From contig JBKHIT010000001.1 of the NCBI GenBank assembly GCA_046538485.1, positions 138,261-202,260 on the forward strand: a DNA stretch of 64,000 bases. Direction: 5' to 3'. The position numbers were made by a program, and so were the translations under genes. The stretch is from Candidatus Brocadiia bacterium (GTDB lineage: Bacteria > Planctomycetota > Brocadiia > SM23-32). Shown here piece after piece: positions 37,352-48,140 of the stretch (the first letter of the stretch is position 1; the number at the start of each line of letters is the position of its first letter). The notes below the pieces were generated by a model. The model saw only the letters and a program-made list of their open reading frames with translations. It made no database searches and was not told the origin of the DNA.

Positions 37352-40348
37352 TCACCTGATACCAACCAGCTCGCCCCCTCCTATCCAGCCCTGAGGTGTA
37401 TTCGGCCGGTCGAGCTCGAATTTGTTTCCCGCCGTGCTGCTCACGATCAGTTCAAATTCGTTCCGACCCGGTTTCAAACCGTGCAGATCCCACCGCCAGG
37501 GCCGCCACGCACAACACCCCATATCAGCATCATTCACACGCAGCCGGCCACTATCCACAACTTGATCAAGTTCAAGAATCCAATCCAGCTCCAGATCATC
37601 GGCGCTCATCTCCTCTTCCCACCGGTATATGCCACAGCCCATGTAATGCGGCATCCCCATATCCTGCCATCCATCCTTTGAAATTTCCGAGTCCGGGGGC
37701 TTCAGCACCGGCACGTCCCCTTCAATGTCAACATCAAAATCACCTTCCAGGTACAGCTGACTGAGAAGCCCCTCCAGAGCGTCCTCGACGTCAAAGCAAA
37801 TCTCCACTTCATTCCGAGCCCTCTGGATACCTTCGAGACGAATGCGGCGTGGCACAGTGTCATGCACCGGGAACGTCAGCTCACCGGTCCGCTCCTCCCC
37901 GTTCATAAAAATATGCATCTTCCCGCGGGCGCAGCGCGGATCGAGAACGAGCTCAGGATCCGGGATTTCCCCTTCACAGCCAAATTCGAATCGGTACGTT
38001 AGCTTAGACTCCTCGACATCGCTTTCCAGAGGAAGCTCGCCCAGAAAGGTCGTCCATGTTCGGCGGCAACGATATCGACTTGAAAGTTGCCAGTAAGGTT
38101 GCGGATGATCGATCTGTCGCGAGGCCTCATCCCCGAGCTGCACCGAAAAAGCACACAATCTCAAAATATTGGGGTCAACACGTTCAAATCGCCGATCCGA
38201 TGACACAGCCCTTCGTTCCACAGGCGGAGCGGGCCGGACAGTGACCGCAGTCGTTCGGAGACGGAAAAGCCCCGCTCCTTGCGGCGGCACCCGCCAGCTC
38301 GTCCCGGCGCCCGAGACCTCATAAGCACCATCGGCCTCCACGGGTTCCCAGGAGACGCCGTTTTCAGAAGGAAGATCCAGCGACAGTTCATCATCGGACA
38401 CATTGCTCGCAAGAAACATGTCCCCTTCGTCGCCCGTCGCTGAGAACCTTCTGACGTAACATTTGTTGGCGTTTTCGCCCTCGACTCTGACCACAGGAAC
38501 CAGGTTTTTGTCGCACCATGCATCGTCGGGAGCAATTCTGTCGATCACTTTTCCCGGCAGTTCTGTCACTTCAGCGAAATCTCGATTCGCCGTACGCAAC
38601 CGGTTGGGTCCTCCCCCAAACCAGTCGACCTCGGCGCCATCCTGCACCGCTGTTTGGAGATTTTCCAGAGCCGCAATCGGGAAAATATCGCAGAACGGAA
38701 TAAGGACCCGGGAGTACTCCCGCTCACCAGCTCCAATGAAACCGGCTGCCGAAGCACCCGGTTCCAGATCCTCCAGATCAATCAGTTCCGGGTTGGCGTG
38801 ATGTTCCAGGCAAAGCAGTAAAATATCCCACATGGAGCGTCGCATTTTCTCAACTGTTTTCGCCTGCCCTCCCTCGCCGATCTGCCAGAAGGGCATCATG
38901 ACATTTAATATAGCCACTTGAGCGGGCGACGCGGCATTATCCAGCACTCGACCAAGTTCTTTCATCCAGTCATTGACCCGGCACACACCGGGAAAGATGG
39001 CGCTCTTGGGACCGTAGTCGGGGGGCGCTTCATAATTCACGACTCCTTCCTGGGACATAAAAAAACCGTGTACAAAAAATCGGTCAATCCCGAGCACTTT
39101 CTGCCACGTCAGAATCTGCCGCACCTTCTCGGAGGTAACGTCCCACCCGGAAAGCGCAAGGCTTTCGCTGATAGCAACGGGGCGTCCCTGCTGGTATTTG
39201 ATAGAAGAAGCGCGCACGCTTCCCAGATTCAACCCGGCCGCCTTATCATCGCCGAGAAACGGCACGATGACGTCGGTTCCCGGCAAGCTCAGCCGTTTCA
39301 TTAAGGGCATCACGGACCCGACAGTAACCGCTTCTGCAATGGGATCGTCTTCGGGCGATATGTGGCCGACCAGTTGCAAATCGTGAGCATCACACCACTG
39401 TCTGTAAGGCTCTATAAAAGCGTTTCGAAACCGTTGCGTCACCCATTCTCGGTAATCAATTCTCGTGCGGATGTATTCATCAGAAATCGCTTTGCCAAAC
39501 AACTGATACATTCTGCTCCGAAGGTCGTAACCATACTCCTTCGCAAATAGATCGAACAACTTATCCGTGATAGGATATCGGCCGTGCGGTTTGGCCTCAT
39601 CGGTAAAGATCCCCGGGATAGTCGATCCAAAGTATTCACCCACGTGCTCGACGTACGGATCGAGAGTAAGCTTCCGGAACAAATCGAATGAATCCGGATT
39701 CAGCAAATCCGGCAGAGCATCCCACGGGCCTTCCTGTGAGGCGGGCTCTCGCGTAACGGCCACCAGCCGGTGATTCTCCGGGATTTTGGGCACACGCACG
39801 GCATACCGGGGCCGGACGGCCGCTCCCCGCGGGCACGGGAACGGATCGGGTTCCTCGTAGTAATAACGGCTATCCCAGCGTCCCATGAACCAGTCGGTTC
39901 TCACAACTCCCACTTCGTCGGTCATCTCCACCGGCTGCTTGTCTTTGGAGCGAGGGACCAGGCCCGCCCACATCACGGGATATTCCCCAATAAACCAGAG
40001 CTCCTCCGGTTGAAGTGGATCGGGTTTTTGGTGGAAGACAGCCTTCGTGGCCTCCAACTCTGGTCGTTCGGAGGTCACCATCCCGCCGGCTGCGCCGCTC
40101 GGAAAGGGATCTTCATCATACAGCCAGATGTCCATACCGATCCGGTCACCTTCCTTTACAAGTGACCTGATCATCCGATACCACTCGCTCGACCCGTATG
40201 GAATCAAATTGCCGTGACGGCAATGCAGACACAATGCTTCGATACCGCCTTTGTGGCACCGTCTCATGTAATCGATTTTCTGTTCGACGCTGGAGGCATC
40301 GTTGAGCATCCAGAAACCGATCAGTCCATTGCGGAGTTCGTTTCGCAA
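37352..40348 (-). CDS. Glycoside hydrolase, GH106 (alpha-L-rhamnosidase)-like
   Basis: FWMLN, WLYDEDPFPSGAAGG, IPGIFTDE, GH...E, PGTD and FFVHG motifs; C-terminal jelly-roll; no signal peptide. Confidence 0.65.
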   Translation of the reverse strand: MRNELRNGLIGFWMLNDASSVEQKIDYMRRCHKGGIEALCLHCRHGNLIPYGSSEWYRMIRSLVKEGDRIGMDIWLYDEDPFPSGAAGGMVTSERPELEATKAVFHQKPDPLQPEELWFIGEYPVMWAGLVPRSKDKQPVEMTDEVGVVRTDWFMGRWDSRYYYEEPDPFPCPRGAAVRPRYAVRVPKIPENHRLVAVTREPASQEGPWDALPDLLNPDSFDLFRKLTLDPYVEHVGEYFGSTIPGIFTDEAKPHGRYPITDKLFDLFAKEYGYDLRSRMYQLFGKAISDEYIRTRIDYREWVTQRFRNAFIEPYRQWCDAHDLQLVGHISPEDDPIAEAVTVGSVMPLMKRLSLPGTDVIVPFLGDDKAAGLNLGSVRASSIKYQQGRPVAISESLALSGWDVTSEKVRQILTWQKVLGIDRFFVHGFFMSQEGVVNYEAPPDYGPKSAIFPGVCRVNDWMKELGRVLDNAASPAQVAILNVMMPFWQIGEGGQAKTVEKMRRSMWDILLLCLEHHANPELIDLEDLEPGASAAGFIGAGEREYSRVLIPFCDIFPIAALENLQTAVQDGAEVDWFGGGPNRLRTANRDFAEVTELPGKVIDRIAPDDAWCDKNLVPVVRVEGENANKCYVRRFSATGDEGDMFLASNVSDDELSLDLPSENGVSWEPVEADGAYEVSGAGTSWRVPPQGAGLFRLRTTAVTVRPAPPVERRAVSSDRRFERVDPNILRLCAFSVQLGDEASRQIDHPQPYWQLSSRYRCRRTWTTFLGELPLESDVEESKLTYRFEFGCEGEIPDPELVLDPRCARGKMHIFMNGEERTGELTFPVHDTVPRRIRLEGIQRARNEVEICFDVEDALEGLLSQLYLEGDFDVDIEGDVPVLKPPDSEISKDGWQDMGMPHYMGCGIYRWEEEMSADDLELDWILELDQVVDSGRLRVNDADMGCCAWRPWRWDLHGLKPGRNEFELIVSSTAGNKFELDRPNTPQGWIGGGELVGIR

Positions 40349-40384
40349 TTTTATCTTTCTTTCAACTTTTACAGGAACCTGTTA

Positions 40385-42292
40385 TTAGTCAATTGGCAGC
40401 GCGCAGAGACGATGTTCCGCCGCGAAGAAGTATTTCCCATCTGCCAAAGCTCCGCCAGCCGTCGGACACATTTTTTCTTCGCAGATCCATAGCATGTCAA
40501 CTTCTGTCGTCCCCTTTTCCACCCGGAAAATTCCTTTTCGTGTCGCACCGACCACAAAATCCCTTCCGCCTCGCAGGCTGACTTCCAGCGGCCATCCCGT
40601 ATCTTCGCCCAGCGGCCCTTGCTCAACGATTTGCTTTTCGGGGAGATCCAGCAACATCAATTCCGCTCGCTGCTCTTCATCTTCGAGATGCACGATGGCA
40701 TACGTCCGTTCTTCTCCCGCCTCACATAGATCCATCACTGAAATGATTTCCAATCCCAGATCGCCCTTCCAGCTGAGTTCGTCCTGCTCCGGATCCCAGA
40801 GCGCCAGGCCGGTGGTCCCAACCCGTGCTTCCGTCCCGAAGCCACCTGTGATCGCAAACCCAACCGCAATCAGTCCCTGCTCGGGGATATAGGCGAGAGA
40901 TATGGGACTGCAGTTCTTGAAAATGTGACGGTGGCTGCCGAATTGCTCACTCCGAGGATCGAACCACGCTAACGTCCCGCCCCACATTCCGTAATCCGGG
41001 ATGGACGCCGTCCAGACTTTCCCGGCCGGCCCGCACAACATATCCCGCGGCCGGTAGGCCACTTCATCCATACGACCCAGCTCGCGGGGATTAGATTCTT
41101 TTTCAATGCCAAAACGGTAAGGCCGTTCGGGATCGTAAACGCTCAGCCGGGCGCCGGGATACGCGCACATGTAGAGTTTTCCATCGAGAGACCCCATCGA
41201 ATAAAGCTCGCCCCCCGATGTCGAACAAGCGCCGAGATCTTCAACGAGCCCCGTCGACGGTACATGCCGGAAAAGGTGAAGAGGAAGAATGCTCGAACCA
41301 TAGATATCCTCATCCGGTCCCTTCCGAACGAGAAAAATTCCTGTTCCGTCGCCTTCCCAATTCAGCTCCAGCTGGCGCGTCTCCCCGGATGGCGATTGGA
41401 TTTGCAGTTGGCGGTACTGATACCCATTCCCTGAACCGTCTGAAAACTTGAAAGTCGATCCGTCCGGCAGATTGGATTGAGGGGTGTCCCGGTTCGCGCC
41501 TTTGATGCCCCGGATAATTTCCTCGCGGCTCTGCCCTTCCCATTCAGGCTCGTCCTGGAAATCCAGTTCCTCGAAAGGAACCGCAGTGGCGCCCATCACA
41601 CGGGAAATGCCTCTGTGGCTATCGATATAGAGCAGGTTATCGGGACCTTTCCGCAGGTTCACGTGCCCTTCGCCGGTATCGGTATCGGCTACAGGTCCGA
41701 GCGGACGGTGCTCTCCGGTCTCAGGATTAAAAGCAACAACATGCGGACGGACCATTTTCACGAGCCCAGCAACCGTGCCATCGGCACCACAGAAGGGATA
41801 GAAATACTTGTCTGTCTCGTCCATGCGTCCGTGTCGCGTGAACTCATTTGTGCCAGGATCATAAGAAGTAAGATCGCAGCCCGGGTAGCTTCCTACGTAA
41901 AGCAGCCCTTCGGGGTCCTCACCAATGCGACAGGGAAAATTGGCGTCCCCGGGATTGATCTTTCCCAGATCCTCAATGTTTCGTGTTCCCGGGGTGAAAC
42001 GGAAAAGATGTCCGGGGGTTGATCCGATGAACAGACAACCGTGGTTATCGCTCCAGTGGGAGGTAGTAGGATGGCTGGCATCGGCTATTGGCGCGTAGAA
42101 CTGTTGACAGTCTCCCGAGACGGGGTCGACCTGCAGCACAAACATAGCCGCGCCGTGTTGTCCTATCGTAATGAGTATACATGGTTCGCCACTTTTTTTT
42201 CTGCCGGCGAAAGTTCGCACCCAGTTCACGCCTCGAACCGGCACGCCGATTTCCTCGACTTTTGAAGATCCGCCCATTTCTATTTTCTCCAC
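40385..42292 (-). CDS. Cytoplasmic multi-bladed beta-propeller protein
   Basis: Repeated GPD..IYG, YDP.T and EDLG blade motifs. Confidence 0.65.
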   Translation of the reverse strand: MEKIEMGGSSKVEEIGVPVRGVNWVRTFAGRKKSGEPCILITIGQHGAAMFVLQVDPVSGDCQQFYAPIADASHPTTSHWSDNHGCLFIGSTPGHLFRFTPGTRNIEDLGKINPGDANFPCRIGEDPEGLLYVGSYPGCDLTSYDPGTNEFTRHGRMDETDKYFYPFCGADGTVAGLVKMVRPHVVAFNPETGEHRPLGPVADTDTGEGHVNLRKGPDNLLYIDSHRGISRVMGATAVPFEELDFQDEPEWEGQSREEIIRGIKGANRDTPQSNLPDGSTFKFSDGSGNGYQYRQLQIQSPSGETRQLELNWEGDGTGIFLVRKGPDEDIYGSSILPLHLFRHVPSTGLVEDLGACSTSGGELYSMGSLDGKLYMCAYPGARLSVYDPERPYRFGIEKESNPRELGRMDEVAYRPRDMLCGPAGKVWTASIPDYGMWGGTLAWFDPRSEQFGSHRHIFKNCSPISLAYIPEQGLIAVGFAITGGFGTEARVGTTGLALWDPEQDELSWKGDLGLEIISVMDLCEAGEERTYAIVHLEDEEQRAELMLLDLPEKQIVEQGPLGEDTGWPLEVSLRGGRDFVVGATRKGIFRVEKGTTEVDMLWICEEKMCPTAGGALADGKYFFAAEHRLCALPID

Positions 42293-42523
42293 ATGTAAAT
42301 TCCTGGAGGCCTATTCTGCAGGTTTGCACGGCTGAATTGCAAGCAGGCCTCTGTGGGTCATGGAGGAAAGACCCGGACTAACACGGACGGAACGGAAGAA
42401 TGGACGATCGGGCGGGGCTGGGCGCATTCGGCCGCAACCTTTGAAACCATCACGGGATCAGCATAGTATTGACTGCCTCGATTTCAATGCATGAATTACG
42501 TGATATTCAAAACGGAGATTGCA

Positions 42524-43543
42524 ATGACTCAATACGCGGGAATGATACTGAGACCCTATGAAATCCTCTGCAGCATCTGTGCCCTGGGGAACGTTCCATC
42601 GGAAGCGTTCAAACAGAAATTCGCCACGCTCCTCTCGCGGATTAGAAAGAACCCCGATATGCCCATCGGGCTCAGATGTAACGTCGGCGGGGCATTCTCT
42701 TATCAGGATATCGGAACCGAAGGCGATACGCCTGAAGGGGCGGAATTTAACGTCAGGCGGGATCTGGAAGTGCTCCACAAATTGAACCTTCCGCCGGGCT
42801 GCATCCTGCCGGCCAGAATAATCTTCACCCGCGCCTTCGACAGGATTGAGTCCGTCGATGGGATCTGCCGATACGATTCAGTCACCTCAGAGGCTTGGGA
42901 AGGCTGTCCGAGGGCCAAAAGTAGGTGCTACGAAGCCGGACACGCAAAAGGCATCGAAGCCCTCATTCCTCCTCGGGACGAGGAAGAGATGAAGAGGGAG
43001 AAGGAAAAATCCCTGAAAGCGATGTATGACGCCGACGCGATTTCGATCCGCCCCCATATCCTGCTCTGCGCCGTCTGCCAGTATGGCAGTGGAGTCAGGC
43101 CGCCATATGCACCCGATAATTTGCCCGAGCTGATGCAGCTTATCCTGGATAAACCGGATACGCCCATCAAGATCGCATCGCACGCAGACTGGATGATGTG
43201 CGCGCCGTGCCCCGACCGCGTGCCGGAGACCAATGCATGCGTCACAAACAAAGGCTCCGGCGGATTGCCCAACCAGATGCGAGATCTACGGGTGCTTCAG
43301 AAACTCGGATTGACATATGGGGACACCATAAAAGCCGTGGACCTCTACAGACGCATTTTCGAGAGGATCCCCGGGACCTTCGAAATCTGCGCGCTTGATC
43401 ATTGTGACCCTTCTATCTGGTACACATCCTGCGGGATACAGACTTCTGACAGCGAAAATTACGATAAGGGTCGACGCATGCTGATGGAGAAAATGGGAAT
43501 TGGACCGTCCGAAAACACGGAAACAAATTTCGATTCCCCCTGA
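42524..43543 (+). CDS. Cys-rich protein with two tandem DUF1284-like domains
   Basis: LRPYEILCSIC...RDLEVLHKLNL and IRPHILLCAVC...CAPCP...RDLRVLQKLGL; ATG 42524 follows GGAG. Confidence 0.65.
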   Translation: MTQYAGMILRPYEILCSICALGNVPSEAFKQKFATLLSRIRKNPDMPIGLRCNVGGAFSYQDIGTEGDTPEGAEFNVRRDLEVLHKLNLPPGCILPARIIFTRAFDRIESVDGICRYDSVTSEAWEGCPRAKSRCYEAGHAKGIEALIPPRDEEEMKREKEKSLKAMYDADAISIRPHILLCAVCQYGSGVRPPYAPDNLPELMQLILDKPDTPIKIASHADWMMCAPCPDRVPETNACVTNKGSGGLPNQMRDLRVLQKLGLTYGDTIKAVDLYRRIFERIPGTFEICALDHCDPSIWYTSCGIQTSDSENYDKGRRMLMEKMGIGPSENTETNFDSP

Positions 43544-43573
43544 AGGCCTCAATATCACCAAAAATACGTGTTG

Positions 43574-44599
43574 TTACAGCTCCATCACCTTGCCATCCTG
43601 CCGGGCCGACTCGACGAGAGCACACAGTATTTTGGTGAGCGCCAGACCCTCTTCAGCTCCCGTCAGCGGTGGCTTGCCTTCAAGAGCGCAATCAACAAAA
43701 TGCCGGGATGCTGCGAAAGTGAAACCGGCTGCTTGATCGAGCGTCGGACCGTTGGTCGGGGTTGACATTTTGAACTCTTTGCCATCGGCCACAGCCAGTT
43801 CGCTGCGCATACGGTCGACATCAATCACTCCGTTGCTGCAAAGCGCGTAAAAACGCGAATCTACCAGGCTCGGATATGAAGAGGGAAGAATCCAGCTCCC
43901 CTCCAGAGAGAGCACAGCTCCGCCTTCGAATTCAATCGTAGCCTGATAGAAATCCGCCGCGTCGAAACCACGTTCGCTCAACACACCTTTCCGATGAACG
44001 GCCCGAACCCGCTGCGCTTCCCGCCCTATCCACCACCGGGCAATGTCCAGACGATGCACGCCGATCCAGTGGGCCAGATGACTCTGTTCGAGCCATGGCA
44101 GCAGCTCCGTGGGCACATCAATGCGGTTAGATAACCGTGCAAAAACGTACCACACATCGCCGATATCGCCATTATCCAATAGTCCTTTCCCTTTCGAAAA
44201 CGGATACATCCACCGGTTGGAAAGATTGAGCATAAAACAGCCCTCGCCCTCTTCAGCAGCTTCGACAATTGCCCCGGCATCTCCCAGGCTGAGAGCCATG
44301 GGTTTTTCCAGCAGGACGTGTTTGCCCTGCTCCAGCGCCGCGACGGCCGCTTCGCGATGGAGATAATCCGGCAGCACAATCGCTACCGCATCCACTTCGT
44401 CGCAACCCAGCATCTCGTGGAAATCTTCAAACTGAAGCGGAACGTCAAAATCCTGCGCTTCTTTCTGCAACTTTTGCTCATCAATGTCGCAAATGGCGCG
44501 AACTTCCGCACGGGGATTGTTCGAAAAGTTGACAACATGACCGTGGCCCTGCATGCCGACACCAATTATTCCAACCGAGAGTGGTTCATCTGATAGCAT
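43574..44599 (-). CDS. Gfo/Idh/MocA family oxidoreductase
   Basis: GIIGVGMQG, GKHVLLEKPMA and H.LD motifs; ATG 44599 follows GGAG. Confidence 0.9.
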   Translation of the reverse strand: MLSDEPLSVGIIGVGMQGHGHVVNFSNNPRAEVRAICDIDEQKLQKEAQDFDVPLQFEDFHEMLGCDEVDAVAIVLPDYLHREAAVAALEQGKHVLLEKPMALSLGDAGAIVEAAEEGEGCFMLNLSNRWMYPFSKGKGLLDNGDIGDVWYVFARLSNRIDVPTELLPWLEQSHLAHWIGVHRLDIARWWIGREAQRVRAVHRKGVLSERGFDAADFYQATIEFEGGAVLSLEGSWILPSSYPSLVDSRFYALCSNGVIDVDRMRSELAVADGKEFKMSTPTNGPTLDQAAGFTFAASRHFVDCALEGKPPLTGAEEGLALTKILCALVESARQDGKVMEL

Positions 44600-44666
44600 T
44601 CGCTTCTCCAAAAAACTCAAAGACACGAGATTCAACCGGTGTTACGTAACGATTCTTTTGCATGAA

Positions 44667-44709
44667 CCGCATTCTGAACTCCAGCCTCCGGCTGAAGTCC
44701 AGTCTGCTG
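44667..44709. repeat. 43-bp dispersed hairpin repeat, copy 1
   Basis: CCGCATTCTGAACTCCAGCCTCCGGCTGAAGTCCAGTCTGCTG; 2 mismatches to the reverse complement of 63221-63263. Confidence 0.85.
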
Positions 44710-44867
44710 CACCATACGGAGACTGGAGTTCAGCTGAGCCAGGCGAAGCGGGACTTGAGGCGGACAAATATGGTGCATGATAGATGAAATCCAGACTGAC
44801 CGAGCAATGGAACATAAGAGCCCACAAAATGAGCAACTCAGAGCGCTTCCCAATCAACCCAATCCTT

Positions 44868-45731
44868 TCACGGAAGGTCATATACTTCTTTTTCCGGAGC
44901 CTGATCATGTTGGACAACATCGAACATTTTTGATCGGCCATCCCAATCGTTCTTCTCCCTGCATCTGTGCCGGAACGGTTCAGCATACTGGACCCCCGCC
45001 ATCTCACCCCACGCTTGAGCCCGGCCGGCCGCAAACTCGTCCAGCACTCCCTCAGCAAACTGACTTCCGTAAGATTCGATAGCTTTCTGTTTCGTCCGCA
45101 CATCTTCCTCAGATATCTCGACGAAAAAATCGGGGTGGTAGCCGGCGATCGGTCCCCCGCTACCCGGTTCCCAGAACAGCACCTCCGGGGCCGTTCCTTC
45201 CGCCTCCATGCCCCCGATCATGTAATCGACGAATCGAGCGATACCATAATGGTCGCAGTGCCGGTCGTCGGGCGAATGGGTAAAAATAACATCCGGGGCA
45301 AACTCTTCGATCAGCTTTCGCAATCTCCGACGGCATCGGGCGAAACACTGAGCGTTGGCCAGCGGCGGCAGGCCCTCAAAGATAGCATCCCTCAACTCTT
45401 CCTGAACGCTTTCGGGGCTGTCGAAAGACGGATAGATGACTGAACCGGGCTCGGGTGTGCTAAAATAATAGCTTTTGAAAGTAAGCCATTCCAACCTGTC
45501 GGCTCCCAAAATCTGCGAGGCTCGTGTGGACTCTTTACGTCGCGTATTCAGGGCTTCGCGGGAACTCTCAACGGTATAGTGATCGCCGACGTAGGCGTTT
45601 TCGACGGCCACCACGTAGCATCCCCGTTTTCCCTCGCCCACAAGACGAGAAAAAGTTCCGCCCATCCTGAGATCCACATCATCACAGTGCGCCCCAATTG
45701 CCATGAAAGCGTCCGTCGAACTGATGTCCAT
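44868..45731 (-). CDS. PIG-L / LmbE family N-deacetylase
   Basis: GAHCDD, R..E....ILG, THSPDDRHCDH and K..AI..Y.SQ motifs. Confidence 0.88.
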   Translation of the reverse strand: MDISSTDAFMAIGAHCDDVDLRMGGTFSRLVGEGKRGCYVVAVENAYVGDHYTVESSREALNTRRKESTRASQILGADRLEWLTFKSYYFSTPEPGSVIYPSFDSPESVQEELRDAIFEGLPPLANAQCFARCRRRLRKLIEEFAPDVIFTHSPDDRHCDHYGIARFVDYMIGGMEAEGTAPEVLFWEPGSGGPIAGYHPDFFVEISEEDVRTKQKAIESYGSQFAEGVLDEFAAGRAQAWGEMAGVQYAEPFRHRCREKNDWDGRSKMFDVVQHDQAPEKEVYDLP

Positions 45732-45901
45732 TCAAAACTCCTCTCATTCAGGCTAACGCGGATTCTGAGAAGACATCTCGCAACTGATCTTGTAAGACAA
45801 TAGAGTTTTCCAGGTGGAAGGAGACGGTCAAATTGCTCCTCTGTATCTCACGGCGATTTTGTTCTTCCAGTATCACCCCGAGCACATAGATCACAAGAAC
45901 C

Positions 45902-47125
45902 TCACGCGTCCCAGTAGAAGGCCAATACTTTCCTTACGGCCTCCACCGTGTCGTCAATTTCCCCGTCGCCCAGCTCCTCGCGGAGAGGGAAGAAGAAACA
46001 TTTCTGAATCTCAGATTCGGCCATCGGACAGTCGCCTTCACTGTAAGTGATTTGGGACTGGCTGAAGGGCCAGTCAGAATGGTTGAAAGCGCTCCTGTTC
46101 TGAAGGTAGATGTAACTTAAATAGACAGGATCGACGTAACCCGCCCGGCCGGGGATGCCTTCGGCGTTGATCGCTTCGGCGAATTTCTCAAGATCAATTC
46201 CCAGCCTTTCGGTTTCCAGCCGGATCAGGTAGAACCAGTACGTCGCATAGGCTCCACCGATTGCTCTGTGAGGATGCACCCCATCGATTTCCGCAAGTCC
46301 TTCAGTTAGTCGCACCCCGAGATGGTGTCTGGCCTCTGTAATCTGCTCAACTTTCCCGAGCTGAGCAAGAGCCACGGCGCTCTGGAGCTCAGAGATGCGG
46401 TAATTTGGGGCCGCAAATGGCAGATCCCGTTTGCCGCCGACACGATCGTAACACTTGTCGATCGCCCGCCAGGCGTTCAAGTAAAGTTCTTCCTTGTCAG
46501 TGACGATCAGGCCACCCTCACCGGCCGAGATATGTTTGAAATCGTTCAGACTGAAACAACCCACATCGCCGAACGTGCCAACCCACTGACCGTCGACTTT
46601 GGCATTCCAGCTCTGCGCGCAATCTTCCACGAGTTTCAGATTATGTTTCTGGCAAAGCTCGACCAGCGGCTTTATATCCGCGGGGCACCCCGCGAGATGG
46701 ACCGCGATCACAGCACGAGTGCGATCCGTAATTTGCGGCTCGACGGTTTTTGCATTGATGCTATAGGTAACCGGGTCGATATCCGCAAATATCGGAATCG
46801 CCCCTTCGTAAACGATACCCACAAGTGTTCCGGCATCGGTGATAGGACTCGTTATGACCTCATCGCCGGGCCCCACTCCGCATGCTTTGAGCGCGCCATG
46901 AATAGCAGCGGAACCCGAACTGCATGCTACGACGTGTTCAGCGCCGCAAAGATCCGACATTTTTTCGCACAACTGCTTCGTTTTCTCACCGTACATGTAA
47001 AACAACGTATTCTGCTCGATAGCTTCACGCAGATGCCTGAGCTCTTCGTCCCCGAAACGCGCGCCACGTTCGGGCCACGGTTCAGAACGCACAGGCTTAC
47101 CCCCATTCAGTGCCAGCTTGCTCAT
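45902..47125 (-). CDS. DegT/DnrJ/EryC1/StrS PLP-dependent aminotransferase
   Basis: GVGPGDEVI, VHLAG, EDCAQ, FSLNDFKHISAGEGG and NYRISELQ motifs. Confidence 0.93.
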   Translation of the reverse strand: MSKLALNGGKPVRSEPWPERGARFGDEELRHLREAIEQNTLFYMYGEKTKQLCEKMSDLCGAEHVVACSSGSAAIHGALKACGVGPGDEVITSPITDAGTLVGIVYEGAIPIFADIDPVTYSINAKTVEPQITDRTRAVIAVHLAGCPADIKPLVELCQKHNLKLVEDCAQSWNAKVDGQWVGTFGDVGCFSLNDFKHISAGEGGLIVTDKEELYLNAWRAIDKCYDRVGGKRDLPFAAPNYRISELQSAVALAQLGKVEQITEARHHLGVRLTEGLAEIDGVHPHRAIGGAYATYWFYLIRLETERLGIDLEKFAEAINAEGIPGRAGYVDPVYLSYIYLQNRSAFNHSDWPFSQSQITYSEGDCPMAESEIQKCFFFPLREELGDGEIDDTVEAVRKVLAFYWDA

Positions 47126-47309
47126 CCGTATCTCCTTTGGTTCGTCTGGAACTTGGAGGGAACACGATACAGCCTTTTGTGTCGATATTCAATGCTTGGG
47201 GGGACAATATATACTGCTTTCTCGCACCTACCCTGCAGGAACATCGTCTCAATAGACTGGAAAGCCCCCTTTTCAGTACGACTGAGGTATATCCATAGTC
47301 ATTTCGACC

Positions 47310-47337
47310 TTGACGCTTCGGAGGATACGATCATAAT
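47310..47337 (+). promoter_or_regulatory. sigma70-like promoter for the amidohydrolase pair
   Basis: TTGACG-16 bp-CATAAT. Confidence 0.5.
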
Positions 47338-47378
47338 GATGAAACCTGTGTGATAGATGTATTCGGCGGTTAGGAAAA

Positions 47379-48140
47379 ATGGCCATGGAAATCTTCGATG
47401 CATTCTGCGGGGTCGGGCCCTGGGCGGAGCGTGATCCCCTCCTGCCATACCGCCCGAAAGAAATTCTTGAACTGATGGATTATTTCGGCATTGACCGCGC
47501 TTTGGTCCGCGCAAATATCGCGGCGGGGCGAGGTCGTGCTTCAGAATGTAACCGCATAGTTGCTGAAGTCTGCAAAGCGGAAGAAAGGTTTGTGCCAGCT
47601 TTCACGCTCGCAATACACCCCTATGACGAAGATCCAAATCCAACAGGTTATGCCCGCATGATGGCAAAAGTGGGCGCTCGAGCCGCCTGGCTTACGTTTC
47701 GGACAATCGATCAGTCCTCCCATTTCTCATCCTGGCTGCTGGAAGATCTTTTGGAAATGTGCGCCGGAAAGAAAATTCCGGTTTTCCTCCACGCGGATAC
47801 AATCGGTCCGGATGCCCTGCACGAGTTGTGCGCAGAGTTTCCTTCGCTCCGAGTGGTCCTTGTCGGCTCAGGCTATGGTTCAGACACGTGGCTTTTCAAA
47901 CTACTGGAGGCGCATCCCAATCTGCACGTCTGCCTGGGACATTATTACATCCCATCAGAAGGCCCCATGCGTTTCCTGAAACATTTTTCTTGTGACCGGT
48001 TGCTGTTCGGGTCAGGATTGCCCGCTTTTTCACCCGGCGGGTTGATCGCTCATGTAATGTATGCCGATATCACACCGACCGAACAGGAAAAAATCTTCTC
48101 AAAAAATTTGCAACGAATTCTCTCGGAGGTAGATCTATGA
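47379..48140 (+). CDS. Amidohydrolase_2-fold protein lacking metal ligands
   Basis: MDYFGIDRA, FPSLRVVL and RLLFGSGLP; the HxH and catalytic Asp are absent. Confidence 0.75.
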   Translation: MAMEIFDAFCGVGPWAERDPLLPYRPKEILELMDYFGIDRALVRANIAAGRGRASECNRIVAEVCKAEERFVPAFTLAIHPYDEDPNPTGYARMMAKVGARAAWLTFRTIDQSSHFSSWLLEDLLEMCAGKKIPVFLHADTIGPDALHELCAEFPSLRVVLVGSGYGSDTWLFKLLEAHPNLHVCLGHYYIPSEGPMRFLKHFSCDRLLFGSGLPAFSPGGLIAHVMYADITPTEQEKIFSKNLQRILSEVDL

